DNA of 64,000 nucleotides from Bradyrhizobium ivorense (GTDB lineage Bacteria; Cyanobacteriota; Cyanobacteriia; PCC-6307; Cyanobiaceae): NCBI GenBank assembly GCA_943368005.1, contig CALRKN020000008.1, positions 75,705 to 139,704 of the forward strand, read 5' to 3'. Shown piece by piece: positions 60,580 to 64,000 of this stretch (position 1 is its first letter; each line of letters starts with the position of its first letter). The notes under the pieces were generated by a model. It saw only the letters and a program-made list of their open reading frames with translations, ran no database searches and was not told where the DNA came from. The position numbers and the translations under genes were made by a program.

Positions 60580-61110
60580 CTAGGCGTGCCTCTGCAACCA
60601 GGATTCAGCCCGCCGGCGCAGCCCTTGCTGACAGCGGCGCTCCAGGCGATCCAGCAGTTGCTGCAGGCCCAGGTGGAGCACCGGAGCAGCCACGGCCACC
60701 GCCGCCACCGGCAACTCGGCCCAGACCAGCGCCTCCGCCTCGAGAACCCCCTGCTGCTGCTGGGGGCCAGCCGGCGATGCGGATCCGGCCCGCAGCCGTG
60801 CCTCCAGTCCGAACTGGAGCCGCTCCTGCCAGGGCCCCAGGCCGTCCACCCTGGATTCCAGCTGCTGGATCAGCAGCTCGCCATCGGCGAATCGGGCCCG
60901 CACCAACACCTGTGGCTGCAGGGTCCAGCCCGCCACGCCGTAGGGCCGGGAGGTGTAGCTGTAGGTGTCCTCTCCGGCCCGCCGCAGCCGCTTGGGATCC
61001 AGCAGGCCCCGCAGGGGCCGCAACGGCTTGACCAGAAAGGGCTCCAGCTGGGCCACCGTGGGGGTGGGGGTGAGTTCCACCCGGCAGAGGCGACGCTGTT
61101 CAAGCTTCAT
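60580..61110 (-). CDS. DUF1997-family protein (cyanobacterial/plastid conserved)
   Basis: 176 aa. Recalled DUF1997-like layout: YSYTSRPYGVAGWTLQPQVLVRARF...LLIQQLESRVDGLG...LQFGLEARL. Overlaps the helicase stop by 4 nt. Confidence 0.55.
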   Translation of the reverse strand: MKLEQRRLCRVELTPTPTVAQLEPFLVKPLRPLRGLLDPKRLRRAGEDTYSYTSRPYGVAGWTLQPQVLVRARFADGELLIQQLESRVDGLGPWQERLQFGLEARLRAGSASPAGPQQQQGVLEAEALVWAELPVAAVAVAAPVLHLGLQQLLDRLERRCQQGLRRRAESWLQRHA

Positions 61111-63857
61111 GGGCCGGAATCACCAGCCGGCGCCCGGCTGGCAGCCAGCAGATCCTCCAGCTCGCACACCGGGAAACGGTTGATCGTGCGCAGCGCCCGG
61201 CGGGCGTTGTCGCGCAGCTGCTGACTCACGGCCTCGCAATAGGGAATCTGGGCCAGGAGATCCACGGTGCGGCGCAGCACCCGCACCACATCGCCCTCAT
61301 CCAGGGAGGTGTTGGCGATCACGTCACTCCAGCTGGCACCGCTGGCCCAGGCATGCACCAGGCCGGTGAGCTCGGGCTCCCACCAGAGCGGGAAGGCCAC
61401 CTTGGCCCGCTCCTGCTGGTGCTCCAGCTGACGGCGGATCGAGCGCAGGTCGTGCAGGGCCTCCTCCACCGCCGGTGGCGGCGACCAGGCGCACCAGAGA
61501 TCGGGGCGGTTCACCTCGGTGGAGATCGCCTCCAACACAGCTGCCAGCTCGGCCGGATCGAGGTCATCGAGGTGGCCACTCATCAGGGCCAGCCCCAGCC
61601 ACAGCTCGTTGTCGCCGCGGAGGGCAGCGACGGTGCGCCCCACCTCGGTGGGCTCCAGCCCCTCGGCACCGGCCAGGCCCCCGAAATGGCGCAGCACCTC
61701 GATCAGGGCCAGAAAGGTGTCCCAGTGCCGGTTGGCGCGGAAGTGCAGCAGCCGCTGGCGCTCCTCGATCTCCTCCTGTAGCTCGGCCCTGCGGCGCCGG
61801 TGCTTGGTGAGCTGTTTGCGGTCTCCCCAGCGGTGGGCCGGATGGAGCTCCAGCTCCTCCTCCAACCGGTGCACCAGCTGGGCCTGGGCCTGCACCTCCC
61901 CGGCCAGGTCGTACTGGGGGGTGACCATGTCGTAGCGACGCGCCATCGAGGCCACCGCCAGGGCCAAGCCAGCACTGGCCTGGGTGCCGTGGTGGTGTTC
62001 GCCACTGCGGCGCAGCGGCGGCGGCTCCACCTGGCTCACCTGGAGGCAACTGAGCTCGGCATGGAGGCTCACCACCGCCGTGCAGGGCACCAGGATCCAC
62101 AGGTTGTCGTCGGTGAGGCACAGGAGCAGGGGAAACTGCCCAGGCCCCGGCACCTTCGCGATCAGCACTGCAGGGGTGATCCGGCCCCGGAGCGGTGGCG
62201 CCTTGAGGCTCAGCAAGCTGCCCTCACTGGCGAACTGCAGGGCCAGGGTGAGCTCATGCACCGCGGTTTCCTCCGCCTGGTGCTGGAGGGTGCGCAACAG
62301 GCGCCGCTCCTCCTTCAGGCGCTCGCGCTGCTTCTCGTAGTGCTCGAAGTCCTCCCAGGGCACATCCGCCTCGCCGGCCCCGGCAGCGAGGGCGATGAGC
62401 TGCTGCTGCAGCTCGGCGATGCGCTCCTGGTCGACCTTGAGGTCGAGGGTGGCCAGGTAGCGGCCGAAGCTGCGCTCCACCAGCTCCCTGGCCTTGGCGA
62501 GGTGATAGCGCTGCAACAGATTCAGCACCATGCCGTAGCTGGGGGTGAACTGGCTCACCAGCGGATCCGCGGGAGCGGTGGCCAGCTGGCCCGCCTCCCT
62601 CACCCCCTCGAAGCGGCTCTGCACAGTGACCACATAGCCCTGGGAGTCGAGGCCACGGCGACCGGCCCGACCCGCCATCTGCAGGAACTCGCTGCCCATC
62701 AGCGGCCGGTGTCCCCGCTCGGTGCGCTTGGAGAGGGCCGAGATCACCGTGGTGCGGGCCGGCATGTTGATGCCGGCGGCCAGGGTCTCGGTAGCAAACA
62801 CCACCTTGATCAGCCCCTGCTGGAAGAGCTCTTCGATCAACTCCTTCCAGGCAGGCAACACCCCGGCATGGTGGGAGGCGATGCCCCGCAGCAGGGGTTC
62901 GTCGTGGCCCTCGCGCACAGCCTCCGGGCTGGCGGCCGCAAAGGCCTCCAGGCGGCTCCGGATCCGCTGCTGCTCATCCGGCGAAACGAGACAGATCTTG
63001 CCGAGATCCCGCACCCCCTTGTCACAACCGCGGCGGCTGAAGATGAAGTAGATGGCCGGCAGCATGTCCCGCTCCGCCATCTGGGCCACCACAAAACCCA
63101 GGGGCGGCGCCTCGGGCTGGGGGGGCCTGGGCATTTTCGGCCCCTTGCGGCGACTGCCCTTGGGGGCACGCCACACCTTGCAGTTGGGGTGCAGGTCGGT
63201 GCCCCCCTCATTGAGCAGGGGGTGCAGACCCTTGGCGCTGCAGAAGCTGAAGGCCAACGGCACGGGCCTGTGGTCGCTGTGCACCAGCTGGGTGGGCCCA
63301 TGCACCGCCTCGATCCAATCCGTGAGCTGACCCGCATTGGCCACCGTGGCGGAGAGCGCCACCAGCTGGATGGAGGGCGGACAATGAATAATCGACTCCT
63401 CCCATACGGTGCCTCGCTGGGAGTCGTTCATGTAGTGGCACTCATCAAGCACCACCGCCTCCACCCCCTCCAGTGGGTCGTTGTCGGGATGGTCGATCTC
63501 CGCATAGAGCATGTTCCGGAAGATCTCAGTGGTCATCACCACCACCTGGGCCTCCCGGTTGAGGCTCATGTCACCGGTGAGCAGGCCCACCTTCTCGGCC
63601 CCGAATTGCTCGCGGAAGTCGCGCAGCTTCTGGTTGGAGAGCGCCTTGAGTGGGGTGGTGTAGAACACTTTGCGCCCATGGGCCAAGGCGCGGTGGATGG
63701 CGTACTCCCCCACCAGAGTTTTACCGCTACCTGTGGGGGCGCTCACCACCACCGAGTGCCCTTGGCTCAGCGCATCGATCGCGTTGAGCTGGAAATCATC
63801 CAGGGGAAATGGGAAGATCTCTGCCAGGGCAAGCTGCCCCGGGGAAGCAGAGCTCAT
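61107..63857 (-). CDS. Ski2-like DEAD/DEAH-box RNA helicase (HelY-type, with C-terminal DSHCT-like domain)
   Basis: Motif I APTGSGKT, motif II VVLDECHYMND, SAT (LSATVAN), motif VI QMAGRAGRRG. A long C-terminal extension ends with the DSHCT-like GASWSDVIANTSLDEGDVVRVLRRTVDLLAQI. Confidence 0.9.
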   Translation of the reverse strand: MSSASPGQLALAEIFPFPLDDFQLNAIDALSQGHSVVVSAPTGSGKTLVGEYAIHRALAHGRKVFYTTPLKALSNQKLRDFREQFGAEKVGLLTGDMSLNREAQVVVMTTEIFRNMLYAEIDHPDNDPLEGVEAVVLDECHYMNDSQRGTVWEESIIHCPPSIQLVALSATVANAGQLTDWIEAVHGPTQLVHSDHRPVPLAFSFCSAKGLHPLLNEGGTDLHPNCKVWRAPKGSRRKGPKMPRPPQPEAPPLGFVVAQMAERDMLPAIYFIFSRRGCDKGVRDLGKICLVSPDEQQRIRSRLEAFAAASPEAVREGHDEPLLRGIASHHAGVLPAWKELIEELFQQGLIKVVFATETLAAGINMPARTTVISALSKRTERGHRPLMGSEFLQMAGRAGRRGLDSQGYVVTVQSRFEGVREAGQLATAPADPLVSQFTPSYGMVLNLLQRYHLAKARELVERSFGRYLATLDLKVDQERIAELQQQLIALAAGAGEADVPWEDFEHYEKQRERLKEERRLLRTLQHQAEETAVHELTLALQFASEGSLLSLKAPPLRGRITPAVLIAKVPGPGQFPLLLCLTDDNLWILVPCTAVVSLHAELSCLQVSQVEPPPLRRSGEHHHGTQASAGLALAVASMARRYDMVTPQYDLAGEVQAQAQLVHRLEEELELHPAHRWGDRKQLTKHRRRRAELQEEIEERQRLLHFRANRHWDTFLALIEVLRHFGGLAGAEGLEPTEVGRTVAALRGDNELWLGLALMSGHLDDLDPAELAAVLEAISTEVNRPDLWCAWSPPPAVEEALHDLRSIRRQLEHQQERAKVAFPLWWEPELTGLVHAWASGASWSDVIANTSLDEGDVVRVLRRTVDLLAQIPYCEAVSQQLRDNARRALRTINRFPVCELEDLLAASRAPAGDSGP

Positions 63858-64000
63858 CTAAAAGCTACCATAGCAGAGAGTGAACCTCAGAATACCGCAA
63901 GCAAAGCCACAACCAATTTGAGCACGGGATTGCTGAGAACCATTGACCTAACAAACCAAAGCATTCACTCAACGAACAGGGATTCACTTTTCTGCCTAAC

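Noticed and set aside
59574-61031. The 485-aa + strand ORF 59574..61031.
   Set aside because: It is antisense to the family-B paralog and the DUF1997 gene. It has a low-complexity Ala/Gly/Pro/Gln composition, whereas the minus-strand genes carry conserved-looking motifs and operon-style overlaps.

Overview
The window reads as a high-GC picocyanobacterial chromosome (Synechococcus/Cyanobium-like). Sampled backbone lines are about 65-75% GC, from hand counts of single 60-nt lines. All family calls below come from motif recognition by eye; I ran no BLAST or HMM searches.

Core genes lie at both ends:
- Left (1-6157): ftsW (partial), ccdA, ccs1, queF, glnB with a candidate NtcA box, tlyA and purB.
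- Right (60580-63857): a DUF1997 protein and a Ski2-like DEAD/DEAH helicase.

Between them, about 6.2-60.6 kb is one large polysaccharide island laid out like an ABC-transporter-dependent (Kps / E. coli group-2-like) capsule locus.
- Left arm: an OPX/Wza-like exporter, kpsS, kpsC, and a nonulosonic-acid (NulO) neuA/neuB pair.
- Right arm: kpsE, kpsM and a kpsT-like gene.
- Middle: about 38 kb of multidomain glycosyltransferases, sulfotransferases and methyltransferases.

I saw no rRNA, tRNA, CRISPR array, transposase or integrase.

The observations most worth a second look:
1. An OlsB-like N-acyltransferase + ACP + KAS trio lies convergent with a KpsS::PlsC-type acyltransferase fusion. This could be a dedicated, possibly aminolipid, capsule anchor.
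2. The KpsT homolog appears to have lost every ATPase catalytic motif.
3. A high-GC sulfotransferase-like gene is wedged, translationally coupled, between low-GC kpsT and kpsM, and has a paralog 2 kb away.
4. Three tandem paralogs of unknown function sit between neuA and neuB.
5. The neuB gene is a CBS-NeuB-SAF-TIM-barrel fusion, and no neuC is present.
6. A two-gene module (coiled-coil protein followed by a glycosyltransferase) recurs three times.
7. A Tat-signal GH33 sialidase lies divergent from kpsT.
8. Base composition is strongly mosaic, with nested low-GC blocks and one intragenic GC switch.
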